Shown one piece after another: positions 35,160 to 47,878 of a DNA stretch of 64,000 nt (position 1 is its first letter; each line of letters starts with the position of its first letter). The notes below the pieces were generated by a model. It saw only the letters and a program-made list of their open reading frames with translations. It did no database searches and was not told where the DNA came from. The stretch is from NCBI GenBank assembly GCA_013265495.1, contig MU058531.1:1108678-1172677 (forward strand), read 5' to 3'. The translations under genes were made by a program, and so were the position numbers. This DNA is from Vicugna vicugna. Taxonomy: Eukaryota.

Positions 35160-35860
35160 AAAAGTGCAAAGAACCAAGTTTGGGTAAGGGTGAGAAACAG
35201 TAGGAATGCTAATTGCTGTGTAAGTATAACTGACTTGGGAGAGCAGTTTGGCTTTATCTAGTAAAACTAGAGACTGTCCCAAATCCCCTGGGTGTACACC
35301 CTAGGAAATCTCCCACATGTATGCACCAGGAGGAGATGGGTAGAAGAATGATGAAGGGCAACATTGTACAGTGGAAAACTGGGAGTATCTTAAAATCCAA
35401 GAAGAGGATGTTTAAATACATGGTATACATTCACAAAGTGGACCACTAAATGAATGAACTAGATCAACATGGATGGATTTCCAAAAACACAATGTTGAAT
35501 ATGAAGAGCATGTTTCTGGAGGAAATTACCATTTATATAAAGATTTCCAACATGCAAACCGTGCAAAAGTATATCATGTATTATTTATGTGCATACACAC
35601 AAAGCAAAATGGTGAAGCAAGTGTGGGTTCCACAGTCATTAAAGTCAGGATAGTGATTACACTTAGGGGTAGGGAATGGGAGGGAAATTGGATTAGAAAG
35701 GGGTCATAGAAGCTTCCACTCTGTCTGTAATAGTTGTTGTTCTTTTTCAATTTGAAGGAACTAGAACAAAATGTTACTGTCAAAACAGTGGTGGGTACAT
35801 AGATGTTTGTTATATTAACCTTCGTTTGTCTGAATTTTTAAAATATTTCACTCAAAAATA
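35160..35860 (+). mobile_element. L1ME-type ORF2 end and 3' UTR remnant
   Basis: 'ggagagcagtttggctttatctagtaaa...atgaatgaactagatcaacat...aacacaatgttgaat'. Confidence 0.65.
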
Positions 35861-36156
35861 TTTTTAAATTATTTTAACAGCTTTATTGAGGTATAATTAA
35901 GTGCATAAGTTTAAAGTGAATACTTTGATGTTTTGACGTATGTCTACATCCTTGAACCATCACTGTAATATAGAGAATGAACATAACTATTATCCTCCAA
36001 ATTGTCCTTCTGCTTCTCTTTAATTGCTTTTTACCTCGCTCCCCTCTCCACCCCTACTCTGAGGCAACCAATGATCTGCTTTCAATTCCTATTAATTCAT
36101 TTCCATTTTAGAAAAGTGTGCATAATTAGAAACATAATTAGAAGTACAAACTCTTT

Positions 36157-36637
36157 AGTCTTTTTATTTGCCTTCTTTTTTATTGAAGTATAGTTAGTTT
36201 ACAATGTTGTGTCAATTTCTGGTGTACAGCATAATGTTTCAGTCATATATATATATATACATATATTTGTTTTCATATTTTTCATTGTAGGTTACTACAA
36301 GACATTGAATATATTTCCTATGCTCTACAGTATAAACTTGTTTATCTGTTTTATGTGTAGTAGTTAGTATCTGCAAAACTCGAATTCCCAGTTTATCCCT
36401 TCCCACATCCTTCCCTCCCTGGTAACATAAATTTGTTCTCTATGTATATGAATCTGTTTCTGTTTTATAAATACATTCATTTGTGTCCTTTTATTAGATT
36501 CCACATGTAAGTGCTATTATATGGTATTTTTCTTTCCCTTTCTGGCTTACTTTACTTAGAATGTCAATCTCCAGGTCCACCCATGTTGCCACAAATGTTA
36601 TTATTTTATTCTTCTTTATGACTGAGTAGTATTCCAT

Positions 36638-36675
<38 letters not shown>

Positions 36676-37465
36676 CACCACAACTTCTTTATCCATTCAT
36701 CTGTTGATGGACATTTAGGTTGTTTCCATGTCTTGACTATTGGAAATAGTGTTGCTATGAACATTGGGGTGCATGTGTCTTTTCAAATTATAGTTTTCTC
36801 TGGATATATGCCCAGAAATGGGATTGCTAGATCATATGGTAAGTCTATTTTTAGTTTTTTAAGAAACCCCGTACTGTCCTCCATAGTGGCTGCATTAATT
36901 TACATTTCTACCAACAGTGTAGGAGGATTCATTCTTCCCCACAGCCTCTCCAGCATTTATTATTTGTAGACTTTTTAATGATGGCCATTCTTACTAGTGT
37001 GAGGTGACAGCTCATTGTAGTTTTGATTTGCATTTCTCTAATAATTAGTGATGTTGAGCATCTTTTCATGTGCCTTTTGGCCATCTGGATGTCTTCTTTG
37101 GAGAAATGTCTATTTAGGTCTTCAGCCCATTTTTTTACTGGGTTGCTGGGTTTTTTTTAAAATATATATTAAGCTGTATGAGCTGTTTGTTTATTTTGGA
37201 AATTAGTCCCTTGTTTGTCACATAATTTGCAAATATTTTCTTCCATTCTGTAGGTTTTCTTATTTTGTTGATGGTGTCCTTACCTGTGCAAAAGCTTTTA
37301 AGTTTAATTAGGTCCCATTTGTTTATTTTTGCTTTTATTTCCATTACTCTAGGAGCTGGTTTGAAAAAATATTGCTGTGATTTATGTCAAAGAGGGTTCT
37401 GCCTATGTTTTCCTCTAGGAGTTTTATAGTATCCAGTCTTACATTTAGGTCTTTAATCCATTTTG
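36157..37465 (-). mobile_element. Younger lineage-specific L1, 1.3 kb (ORF2 C-terminus plus 3' UTR)
   Basis: ORF 37135-37344 'KAKINKWDLIKLKSFCT...PTEWKKIFANY' is L1 ORF2p; TSD agtac(a/g)aactcttt at 36143-36156 and 37466-37479. Confidence 0.95.
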
Positions 37466-38321
37466 AGTACGAACTCTTTTTTGACTGGCTTTTTTCATTC
37501 AGTATACTTATATTGACATCCATCTATGTCATTATGTACATAGTCCCTTCCTTTTTCTGCTGAGTAGCATTCCATTATATGGGTATTCCACAATTTATTT
37601 ACCATTCACATGTTGATGGACTTTTGGGTTAAGATCTGAATATTCTTCATAAATTCTGGATAGAAGTCATTTATCAGATATGTGATTTGCAAACATGTTT
37701 CCCAGTCTGTGGTTTCTCTTTTTATTTACTTAACAATGTCATTCAAAGAATAGTTCTAAATTTTAATAAAGTCGAATTTATCAGTGTATTCTTTTGTGGA
37801 TTGTGCTTTGGTTTTGTAACCAAAAAAATCTTAGCTGACATCACAAAGATTTTCTCCTCAGTTTTTCCCTATAAGTTCTATAGTTTTAGGTTTTATATTT
37901 AGGTCTACGATCCATGTATTTAGTTAATTTTTGCATATGATACAAGCTATTGATTGAAGAATTTTTTGTTGTTGTCTTTTTTCTTCTAATTAAAAAAATT
38001 TTTGCATACAAATACCCAATTGTTCTAACATCATTTGTTGCGCCTTTGTAGACCTTCAGCTTGCATATCTTTTGTCAGATTTATCCTTAAGTATTCCATC
38101 TTTTTGATACTATTGAAAATTAGTTTATTTTTGGAATTTCAGCTTCCAGTTGTTCATGCAAACTTGCAAAACTCCCTTATTACTTCTAGTAGCCTTTTAT
38201 AGAAATTTCTACATAGACAATCACTTCACCTGTGAATACTTGTTACTTTATTTCTCTATCTAGATGCCATTTTATTTCTTTTTCTTGCTTGATACCATTG
38301 GCTGGAAGCTCCAGCATAATG

Positions 38322-38896
38322 TGTTCTGGTTCTTTTATGTGATGGTCAGTTTGATGCAGACACAAGAGGAGACATGGGAGAAGGTCACAAAAGCAGAAGT
38401 TTATTATACTTACAGGTCCTAGAAACAGGAGGCACAGCACGCCATTCCGGGCCACATGGGGAAGACTCAGTTGGTCAAGAGGTATAAAGCAGGAGTAAAG
38501 AGAAAGCTGAGGCTAGAGTCTTTCTGGGGGTTTCTGCAGGAAAGGCAAGGCAGGGCAGGGTGACAGTTTAGGACTTGTTAGTTTGAATAATTTCTGCTGG
38601 CTTTGGGCTATAGAGTGGTCTCTAGTTGCCCGGTACCTGGTCCTGGACCAATTAAGGCAGAAGAATATTGCCCCCTGGGTGCACAGGACAGATAGAGAAG
38701 CTTTGGCTCTGAATCAGTTTGCGCATCAAAGGATTCTTCCAACTGAGCTCTTTGTTGTCTCTAAGAGTTGGCCAGCCCCAGGACAGGGGTCTCTCTCTGA
38801 CCAGAACTGTTTTTTTAAGATGTAAAAACATCAAAATATACAGAAAAAATGTATATGTAGCCTACATATTCAAAATTATATGTATATAAATGATAT
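38322..38896 (-). mobile_element. ERVL solo LTR (MER74/MER76-like) inserted in L1 ORF2
   Basis: Begins tgttct; interrupts the L1 motif 'ccagcataatg|tagaacagaagtggtg'; minus strand has 'ttctgtatattttgatgttt...ggggctggccaactcttagaga' and an AATAAA (tttatt ~38400). Confidence 0.7.
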
Positions 38897-39939
38897 AGAT
38901 GTAGAACAGAAGTGGTGACAGCAGATATCCTTGCCTTGTTCCTGATTTTATGGGCAAAGTATTTAGTTTTTCCCTATTAAATGTCATGTCATCCACAGTT
39001 TTTTTGTAGATTCCTTTTATAAGGTTGAGGAAGTTCTCTTCTATTGCTAGTTTGCTGGTAGCCCTGGTTTGTTTTAGTGGAGAATGGTATTTAGAAGCCA
39101 AGATCTGGGTACTGTAGTTACTCACTGCTATTGGGATATTGCTGCTCCCAGGCTCTCTCAGTGGACAGAGCTGTGAAATCTTTATAGGTGCATATGTGAA
39201 ATCATGAGCTTACACCAATGCCTCTGATTCTAGTCCATCACCGCAGGGTCATTCTAGTTTTCTCCTTCCTAACACTGTTCAGCCTCTGACACCCTTGGTT
39301 TCCCTCTCACTTGAACACCCTCCTTAAGCCCCTTGAACTTTCCATGCTAGCCACTCCATTGTGCTCCCTCCTATGCAGGTGCCCTTGTCATTTTCTTTGG
39401 CCTCTGACATCTTTCTCTGGGACATGATGGCTTCCCCTACTCACCTCCCTACCCCCAGCATGGGATACCAAACTTGCCAAACTTGCTCTGCCTCATGAAA
39501 TGCTTTTAGGATAGAATTATTCAGAAAGGGAAGATTAAGAGGAAGAACTAAAAATATCTTTTTAATAATAACAGAAAAGAAATTCCTGTGTCTCAAGTGC
39601 AACAGAAATAATAGAATAGTTAGGTATTAAGGGTCCTTGCCAGTTGGGATAAGGAACATCTTGGTAGGTACCTTAAGCTTTCTTAATGCTTGAGTACTGC
39701 TTCAGAACCTAGAGGGATCTTGGCATAATCTTTGAGGGGCAGGGCTGAGACCCGTAACAAATGAGAGAATTTCTTGCTGACTTGGAGGGATGGAATTCCA
39801 GAGTCAGATTCGTATTGATTTTTTTAAAAGTAAGAAATGTAATAGTTCTTGACCTTTTGAGTTCATGATTGCAAAGTCACATTTGGTTCAAACAGATACA
39901 GAGAAATGGAAGGAAGGAAGAGTTTGGAGGTAACAGTGG

Positions 39940-40480
39940 AAGAGTCCACCAGGTGCCTAAACATGGGGGCTAGAGCTGCAAAGAGGGATCAGCACTCGAG
40001 GTTACTGGTTTGGTGAATGGTTGTCTAGTCAAATACTAGTTAAAGCCATATGAATAGATGAGCTCTCCAAAGGAGAGAGGGGATAAGAACAGTCCTGGAC
40101 ATAGGTCCCTGCCTTGTATGTGCAGTTGGGGTGGGTGGAAGGAAAGGAGACAGCAAATATTTAGCCAAGCTCAGATAGGTGGGTAACTCAGTACACCCCA
40201 ATAATCAGGAAGCCAAGAAAGAAAGAGTGAGGTTGATAGCATCATGTGCTCAGAGAGGGAGAGCAAACTGAGACTGAGTCGTCATTAGACCCAGTGACTG
40301 AGAGAGAACGAATGTTCTTGCAAGTGCAAGGTTAGCAAGTTGTGAAAAAGATGCCCATTGCAGCCACTTAAGTAGACAATGAGGTTGAAGATACCTCTGA
40401 ATGAGTGTAGATCATCCTGAAACTTTCGTTACGAAAAGTAGGGAAATTGAGCAGTGATTTGAGGGGGAACGTGAGTGTAA
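39940..40480 (-). mobile_element. L2 remnant
   Basis: 'gttaaagccatatgaatagatgagctctccaaaggagagag', 'ggaagccaag'. Confidence 0.5.
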
Positions 40481-40483
40481 GTA

Positions 40484-40688
40484 CAGTTGTCCTTGGTATC
40501 TGCAGGGGATTGATTCTAGGACCCCTGCTGATACCAAAATCCATGAATTCTCAAGGCTCATTGTTGGCCTCTGTTTCCCTATCCAAGGATTCAACCAACC
40601 ATGGATCATGTAGTGCTGTATTTATTGAAAAAATCTGCATGTAAGTGGACCCGTGCAATTCAAACCTGAATTGTTCCAGGGTCAACTG
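40484..40688 (+). mobile_element. MER8/Tigger2-type MITE with TIRs and TA TSD
   Basis: TA|cagttgtccttggta ... tgttccagggtcaactg|TA; internal 'aagtggacccgtgcaattcaaacc'. Confidence 0.9.
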
Positions 40689-40929
40689 TAGAAGATTTTA
40701 CTGATGAAAAGTACCTAGGATGGATGTTTAATAATAACCATTTTTGCCATCCTTGAATATTACTATTGCAAAACATTTGTTACAATTCCAAAACTTTATT
40801 TTTAGAGAGATGATTCACTCACCAAGTGTAAAAACAAGGAAATCTGCCTTGAAAATGTAAATGCCATAAAGCGATAAATATTTTCAAATCCTAAATACAA
40901 GTGGAAAAAGTATTTTTTCTCTCTTTTTA

Positions 40930-41007
40930 AAATATTTTATTTGCATTATTTTTTATTGAAGTATAGTTGGTTTACAATGTTGTGTCAATTTCTGGTGCAC
41001 AGCATAA
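40930..41007 (-). mobile_element. Very short L1 3' tip
   Basis: 'ttttattgaagtatagttggtttacaatgttgtgtcaatttctggtgcacagcataa', nearly identical to 36177-36235. Confidence 0.85.
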
Positions 41008-41531
41008 GTCTTCTATTTACCTAACAATTGCTGATCCAAAGGAGGGGAGTTGGGGTCCTGGGGGAGAGAGCTGTGGAGACAGAAGTGTGTGAGATCAGCT
41101 CGGCAAATGGCCAGGGGCACCAGGAACTGGGCCTCTCTGAAGCCACCCTTTGGGAACTTCTGCTGCTTCTCTATCAAGCATTGGAGAAGCCTGGAAGCTT
41201 GCCGGTTATCAGCTTTCTACAGCTCACAGTTCTCTCTTTATAATGCAATAAGCTTTGTGCGCAAGATGTTTTCATCGGAGCCCTGACAGGATAGCGCAAG
41301 GAAGATGGTGGAAACCTGTTTTGGGGGCTGCCAGTGTCCCAGCTCAGATCTCCTGTTCGAAGACAGTTTGGAGAGAACAGTGTAACTGGAAGCAAGATAA
41401 TTAAATCTGAATTAACTGGAGATAGATGATTTTTTCTGTTCCTATTTAAAGTAGAATGATGAGACTATTAAAATACTGGAGCCAGTGGAGCAGGACACGT
41501 AAGAGAATTATGAGCTGCTCATCCCGTAAAA

Positions 41532-41688
41532 GCTGGCTGCTCAGAGTGTGGTCCATGGACCAACAGCAGCAGCAGCACCTGGGAGCCTGTTAGAGAAGCA
41601 GAATCTCAGGTCCCATCCCAGACCCACTAAACCAGCAGGTGCCTTCCCAGGTGGTCTGTCTGCGTATTAATGTTTGAGAAAGTGCAGT
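41532..41688. mobile_element. MER5A MITE
   Basis: 'ctcagagtgtggtccatggacc...cacctgggagcctgttaga...gcagaatctcagg...gtttgagaa'. Confidence 0.8.
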
Positions 41689-42524
41689 GGAAAACACTCA
41701 GGGATGGTGAGACAGTTGGTATGTTAAGAACTTCTTTAAGGATCAGACCGCTGAGAGACAAAACTAGTCTCTCTGGAAGGGCTCATCAGTAGATTAGTGA
41801 GAAAGCAATCAGGGATTTATCAAGAAGAATTTGTAAGGGAATTGTAGAGAGAGGAGGAAGCTGGCAGCTGGGGAAACCGAGTAAGAGGCTGAATTTAAGA
41901 ACTGAGAATAAATCCTTTCAGCTTATTCATGTTGGCAGAATCTGTGGCCTAAGGAGAGATCCAGTTTATCCAGAACTGAAAGGCTGGACCCAGAATAAGA
42001 AATTTTGCCTAAGCCAAGGCCTGGAAGTTTCTGGGATGTTTAAGTGAGGAGAGTCTGAACAAGGCATAGGGCTGGAGAAGGAAGAAGGGATCGGATGATG
42101 CTGCCTGTACTGGGAGCTGGGTCAGTGCTGGGTTTGCTCTGTGAACCCAGCTCGCTGGGTCTTCTTTTTATACTAAAACCCCGGTCACGTGGCTGGAGTT
42201 ATTTGACCCCTTCTACTGATCAACTACCTGTAAACAAAAACTAGATAGACCAGAGCACAGCTTTCAGGAACACAGTCCCCACTGGAAATTCTTTATCCTC
42301 CCTGGTGATTGCAGGAGACAGTTGCTCCCAGGGGGACTTGGGTTGCAGGGAGAGGGGCAGGAACTTTGCTGGCAGGAACCTTCCTTGGTGCCAGATATGC
42401 TTTGCACGCATCTCGGGCCATCATCCACACTTGAGGGCCTGGACCACTTGTGCCCACAACCCTCCCTTTCTGATCCAGCCTACAGAGTCTGCTGTAACTG
42501 CCCCCACGCAGATGCACTCCTCCA

Positions 42525-42710
42525 TCTTCTTGGTTTTTAAATGTTTGGTACCATCAGGATTACCTGGGAACATTAGTATAAGACGCTGATTCCTGCCTTC
42601 CCACCCCAGGGCCCTGAAGTATGCTGATAGCGGCAATCCAGGGTAGGATCAGGAAAATACATTAGTAAGAAGCACCCGACAGTGATTCTGATGTGGATGT
42701 TCCCACCAGA
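42525..42710. mobile_element. MER5B/MER117-like hAT MITE
   Basis: 'catcaggattacctggg...gattcctg...aagcaccc...gtgattctgatg'. Confidence 0.5.
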
Positions 42711-43472
42711 TTTTACAAGCATCGCTCACCACCCTCCTCTTTCTACATCACTCCTTTGCTGATCAGATCTTACTAGTTGTGGTGGTGACAGTGGGGAGGA
42801 TGCGGATTCCATCAGATATACGCTGGGTCTTCTACAGTATCCATCCCCTCTTCTACTCTCCCCTTTGTGATGCCAGTTTTCCAGACCATATCCCTCCCTT
42901 CCCAACCCCATAACTCCTCCCCTCTGCCCCCACTGCCTTCCCCATGACCTTCAGACAGGGACAGGTGCAATCCACCCGTCTGCAGATCTCCAGCCCTCAC
43001 CACCTCTCATCCACTCTAAAGTCTCCCAAACATGTTCTCTGTCTTGCTGTTTCCAATTCTGCTTTTGGAATTCTCCACTCAGTTCCAGCCAGCTTTTACC
43101 CTTCTCTTTGACAGGTTCTCCAAGTCTCCAATTACCTCTTCAAGGGCATATTCAAACGCTCCTTTATTCTCCCCCTCCTTGACCTCCCAGCTGCAACTGC
43201 CGCTGCCAATCACCCTCTCTTCTGAACGTCAGAGCTCTGCCGGGGTGGTCATTTCAAGGCCACATTGCACTTGGCCTTTCCACGAATCGATGAGCCCAGC
43301 TCCTCCACTGTGAACAGATCTCAGAATTTCACAAGCATTCATACTTGTCACTGCCTCATATGCTTCCTTTAATCCCTTGAAAATTGGAATAGCACTGGGG
43401 AGCCTAAAAAAGGGACTCTTCTCCACAATCAGTTATCTTACTCAGGAATGCTCAAAGATCCGGTCTTACCAT

Positions 43473-43641
43473 CAGGACTGGCTACCTAATTTGCTCAGCC
43501 CAGTGCCACAAGAAACTGTGGGTCCCCTTGCTTAAAAAGTATTAAGAAATTTCAAGACAATGATAGCAGAGCCTCAAACGAAGTGCAGGGCCCTTTGAAG
43601 CGTGGAGCCTGTCCCATCACATGCTCAGGAGACTGAACCTG
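43473..43641 (-). mobile_element. MER91A (hAT-Tip100) MITE
   Basis: 'caggactggctacctaatttg...cccagtg...ccccttg...attaagaaatttcaagac...tagcagagc'; 8-bp TSD cttaccat / cttacagt at 43465-43472 and 43642-43649. Confidence 0.85.
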
Positions 43642-44099
43642 CTTACAGTTGACCCAGCCTATTAGCTTAGTGCCTATCAAGACCAGATAAGCGAGCGGGA
43701 ACATGGTAGTAATTCAGATAAAATCAGAGCTCGCATTCCCATGTTACCCACTAGTTTTCCCAGGGAAACTCCCCTCCACGGTCACCGTCTTCACTTCTTG
43801 CATCTGTCAGATCTTCCACCGGTCGGTCTTGTCATCAGGAGCAGGGAGGCGCGTGTGTGAGTGACACAGCAGAGTTCTTTATCCCCAGGATGGACATGGG
43901 AGAAACGACCCAACAGGGCGGATCCGAAGCATCATCGTCTTCATCATCACCATCATTGTTACTGTTCCTTTAAACTGGAGTCTGGAATACATGAAATTTA
44001 ACCCTAAATCTGATCCTGAGCTCTAGCTCTTCCCCATTTCCAGCCCTAAACCCCCTAAAACCAGACAGGAGATAGAAATTAGAATCCGAGAGGCAGCAG

Positions 44100-44960
44100 C
44101 AAGTCTCTCTGCTTTCTTTGGGGCAGTGCCAAAAAGAGATAAAGAAAGGGTTGTATTGGGCAGCAGTAAACAGGCAAGGGACAAGCGGGCCTTTAATAAA
44201 ACAGACCTTTATTGGGGCTAAAATGGCCCCGGGCTGACCCCACCCTAAATCCTGGCAGTGCCCAACGACAGGAATGCAGAGGAACAAAAACGCTGGCGTT
44301 GCCCGCTGCATCCTGTGCATATATAACAGAAAGTATTGCGGAAACCCGCAAGCAAGGAATACATAAATACCATGATCCAGCATTCCAGCCAAAACTGATT
44401 TTTCAGTCCAGGCGACTGTTCTATTCTGCCTTCTCTGCCTCAAATTTCTGTCCTGTGACTCAGGCCTTGGGGACAATGAAATATCCCAGAGACCTAAAAT
44501 AGGTCCTTCTTTCTCCCTCCTTCCCTCCCCCATCAGGATGAATTTCCTATGGCATTTGTTTTTTTCCTTTATTAACCAGGCATGAATGATAACAGTGCCT
44601 GGGTTTAAAAACTCATCTCTGTTGCTGGTAAATATAAATAATGAGCCGCGTTCATAGAAAAGCATGCCAGAATTTCATTGATTAACATCCCCGTGCCACA
44701 GCCTCTCTTTGAAATTAAAAACCCTTTCAATGACACCGAACGGAAAAGGCACCGCATGAAAAATATTTCGAAGACGGAGTTGTCATTAAAGCATGCCAAG
44801 AATAGAACTGTTTTTATTTAACCATCCTCTCTCCTCTCCCCTTCCCTCCACCCTCGCAGGCTGTGAGGCTGCCTGCAGTTGAATCACAAGAATTACCGAA
44901 AGTAATTCCATCCATTTGAATTTTAGACGCTTCAAAAGCAGACCTATGGAGAATGCTTAG
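44100..44960. promoter_or_regulatory. Candidate conserved non-coding element / enhancer
   Basis: No recognisable repeat; CpGs retained; clustered FOX, HOX/CDX and TALE-like motifs (see findings). Confidence 0.4.
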
Positions 44961-45719
44961 TGAGTGTCTCTTTCCCCCACTGCAAGTGATGACTGAAGAA
45001 GGGATATGGCCTGATTTTAAATCCAGCTGCTTAGGGATCTACTGGAGGATCTGTAAATTTCTTAACTCGATTTCAGATTCCAGCCCACTGCCAGTGTCCT
45101 TGCTTTGCTGCTCACTATCCTCCACACACAACCTCCAGTGGGTCTTCTTGCCTCCAGCTAGGCACCTGTTTTTCACTAGCGGACCACAGCCTAAGAGAAT
45201 TTGCAAACTGGTCATTGGAGGGCTAGGCTCACTGCAGACTTGGCTTTGCAAGGACAGTGGGTGATTTTGTTGGTTTGGATTTTTAGGTTTTGAATGCCTT
45301 TAAATGGAGCCTGTGTAGTCACTCCCTGTATGCGCAGCATTCCCACTTACCCACCACCGTCTGCTCTCTGGAGCCCTGTCCCCACAAACACTCCTTCCTC
45401 TTCTTCTCTGACACCCCTGAAGACATGTGAGTGGTTAATACGGGTCTACAGAATGCAGTCTAAGCTCCCCCATCTCTGACTTAATGTCCTCCACCACGTC
45501 ACCCCTGTCAACTCTCCCATCTTTATGTCTCTCAATACTCTTATCAGCGTTGGTTTCCTCTCCTGCCAATCTCATCCACCCCTGCGTAATGCCAGCCCTT
45601 CAGCTCACCACACCCACCTTTCCTCCAATTCCCAACTCTGCCCGAAGATTTGACTCATCTTTCAAAGCCCAGTTGAAATGTCACCTTCTCCATGAACTGT
45701 TAATCTTTGCTGTCAGTCT

Positions 45720-45950
45720 AGTGTGACTGGAAAAGCAAGAACTCTGGTATCAGGCAGTCCTGAGTTCGAATCCCAGTCTTTCACTAATCAGCTGTGAGAG
45801 CTTTCCTTAGTGTCTTTGAAGCTCTACCCACTGATTTGTAAAATGGGCAATGACTCATACTGCCATCATAGGCTTGTTTTGAATATCAAAATAATCATGT
45901 ATGTTAAAATTCATATAGAATTCCTGGTGTAGGTTATTATTATTATTATT
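45720..45950 (+). mobile_element. MIR SINE
   Basis: 'ggaaaagcaagaactctgg...cctgagttcgaatcccag...ctaatcagctgtg...tgtaaaatggg'. Confidence 0.8.
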
Positions 45951-46179
45951 ATGTGCTTTTCTGCCTTCATAAAACATATTATAGCATTTTCAACATTTGT
46001 CTTTGAAGATATTTGTGCAAATGTCTTTCTCCTCTACTGAATCACAGAGCAGGGACTTCATCTGTTATATCACTGCTTCCCCCTAAGTCCCCAGCATGGA
46101 CCTCCCACCTTGATACTCAGTGGACATTTATGAAATATGTGCTTGCTCAAATGGTCTGTCTTACTTTAATGAAACTGAC

Positions 46180-46390
46180 AGTCATTTATTTAGCTAGTAA
46201 GTCTAAGTGTTTCACATTCATTCCTTATGTAATTCTCACAATAAATCTAGGAGTTAAATACCATTTTATTCCCATTTTACAGATGAGGAAACTGAGGCTT
46301 GGAGAGGTTAAGATTAAGTAACCTGACCTAAGCTGTGCAGCCAGCACATTGTAAACTGGATCCAAGCCCAGAAAGTCTGGCTCCAGGGAA
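46180..46390 (-). mobile_element. MIR SINE
   Basis: Canonical core 'attcccattttacagatgaggaaactgaggcttggagaggttaag'. Confidence 0.9.
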
Positions 46391-47058
46391 CAAGGGGTTT
46401 CCCTCTGCCTTATCCAGACTCTAACATACTACGACCAGATAAACTGTAGAACAGAAAGTATATGGGATTGATCCAATTGGTTACTGTTTCACAAACAGTA
46501 CAACCTAATTCAGCTGATGTTTTGATTGACCAGACTAGGTGCCCACATGTGAGCTTGTGTGTGACTGGAGAGGACTGACAGATGCTCTGCCCCCAAGCTG
46601 TTCCTGGATGTCCTGGACAGTAGTGTGGGGGCTCCCAGAAGCCCCTTCTCTCCTCTCCTCTGTTAAGTACAGAGAAGAGCAGAGGTAGACCACGGAGGTG
46701 TGTGGCCACAGCAGGGGCTGATCTGGCAGAGACCAGCTCCAGCTTGGCAATCCCTATAGAAGCAGGGGCAGCAGAGAGCGGAGGAACAGGGTATCTGCTA
46801 CAGACCCTTGACTCAGTTAGTGTCGACCAAGAAGTCTTGGCCCTGAAGATGACTCAAAGCTTAGAGCTGAACTGGTTCAGAGGACTGATAGCAGCAGCCT
46901 CAGGCCAGCAGAGCTCAGGGCCCGTTTGTGGCTGTTGGGATCACCTACACATGCTCATTTGCTCCTGCAACTCCAGATATAACCCCTGGCAGGATGTGGC
47001 TACTTCTGATGCAGAATCCAGGATCCCAGGACAGCCTTTTCCATCCTGTCATCAGTAG

Positions 47059-47400
47059 CAGTGCCTCTCAAACTTTAATGTGCAGACAAATCACCTGGGA
47101 ATCTTGTTAAAAATGCGGATTCTGACTCAGTAGGTCCAAGGTTGCCTGAGATTCCACATTTCTAGCAAGCCTCTGGGTGATGCTGATCTTGCTGGCCCAT
47201 GGACCACACTCTGCTGCAAGGACCTATGGAACAGTAGCCTCATGGGAGAAGTTCATAAAAGATGTTGTGGTTCTTTATAGAGGACCTCCTATGCTAGGGG
47301 ACATTGCAAATCTTTAAGGAGGGTCTATATTATACAGAGTTTCCAGAATTTATTTGCCCAAGGAACCCTTTTTCAGTAGAACATCTGTTAACATCTCTAT
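47059..47400. mobile_element. MER5A1 MITE followed by a MER113-like fragment
   Basis: 'ctctcaaactttaatgtgca...aatcacctgggaatcttgttaaaaatgcggattctgactcagtaggtc...ggaccacact', then 'tttccagaatttatttgcccaaggaaccctttt'. Confidence 0.75.
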
Positions 47401-47878
47401 TGGTTAGATCAGATCAGTTTCTAGCGACCAAAAAAATCCAAACTAACTGTGACTTTCTCCCTTCCACATAAAAGAAATCTACGTAGTCTATGTAGGGTTA
47501 ACAGGGCTCCTAACAGTCAGAATCCCATATTCCTTCCATTGTGTTGTTCTACCCACCTCAGCATGTGGCTTCCACATCAAGGTCCAAAATGGTTACTCCA
47601 TCTCCAGCCATCACAAACACATGCAAACCAGCAGGAAGAAGGAAGAGCACAAGAGGGTCATGCACACTCTCCTTTCCAATGATATGTCCAAGAAGTTGCA
47701 CACTTGACCTGTGCTTTCATCTCATTGGTCAGAACTTTATCACATGGCAAAGATGCAAAGAAGGCTGGGAAATGTGGTCTCTATTCTGAATAACCATGTT
47801 TATAGCTAAAAATCAAGGTTACTGCTACCAAGAGGGGAACAGTGGATAGTGGGGGGAAAATAAGCTGTTTCCATCATA
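47397..47878 (-). mobile_element. MaLR LTR (MLT1J-like)
   Basis: 'ggtccaaaatggttactccatctccagccatcac...ctcattggtcagaact...tgcaaagaaggctgggaaatgtggtct'. Confidence 0.8.

Larger units (their letters stand above)
35870..39270 (-). mobile_element. Older L1 (L1MB/MC-type) host element broken by a younger L1 and an LTR
   Basis: 3' end 'aacagctttattgaggtataatt'; ORF 38862-39125 gives RT-like 'IKSGTRQGYLLSPLLF'. Confidence 0.75.

Noticed and set aside
37135..37344. ORF with real protein similarity
   Set aside because: An L1 ORF2p C-terminal fragment in a 5'-truncated, frameshifted insertion, not a host gene
41700..42250. Possible ancient Gypsy/ERV-type LTR
   Set aside because: Purine-rich LTR-like texture only; boundaries and family could not be supported
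43970..44665. Longest ORF in the track (231 aa, minus strand)
   Set aside because: No recognisable domain, non-ATG start, composition typical of translated non-coding DNA; it overlaps a region better explained as regulatory
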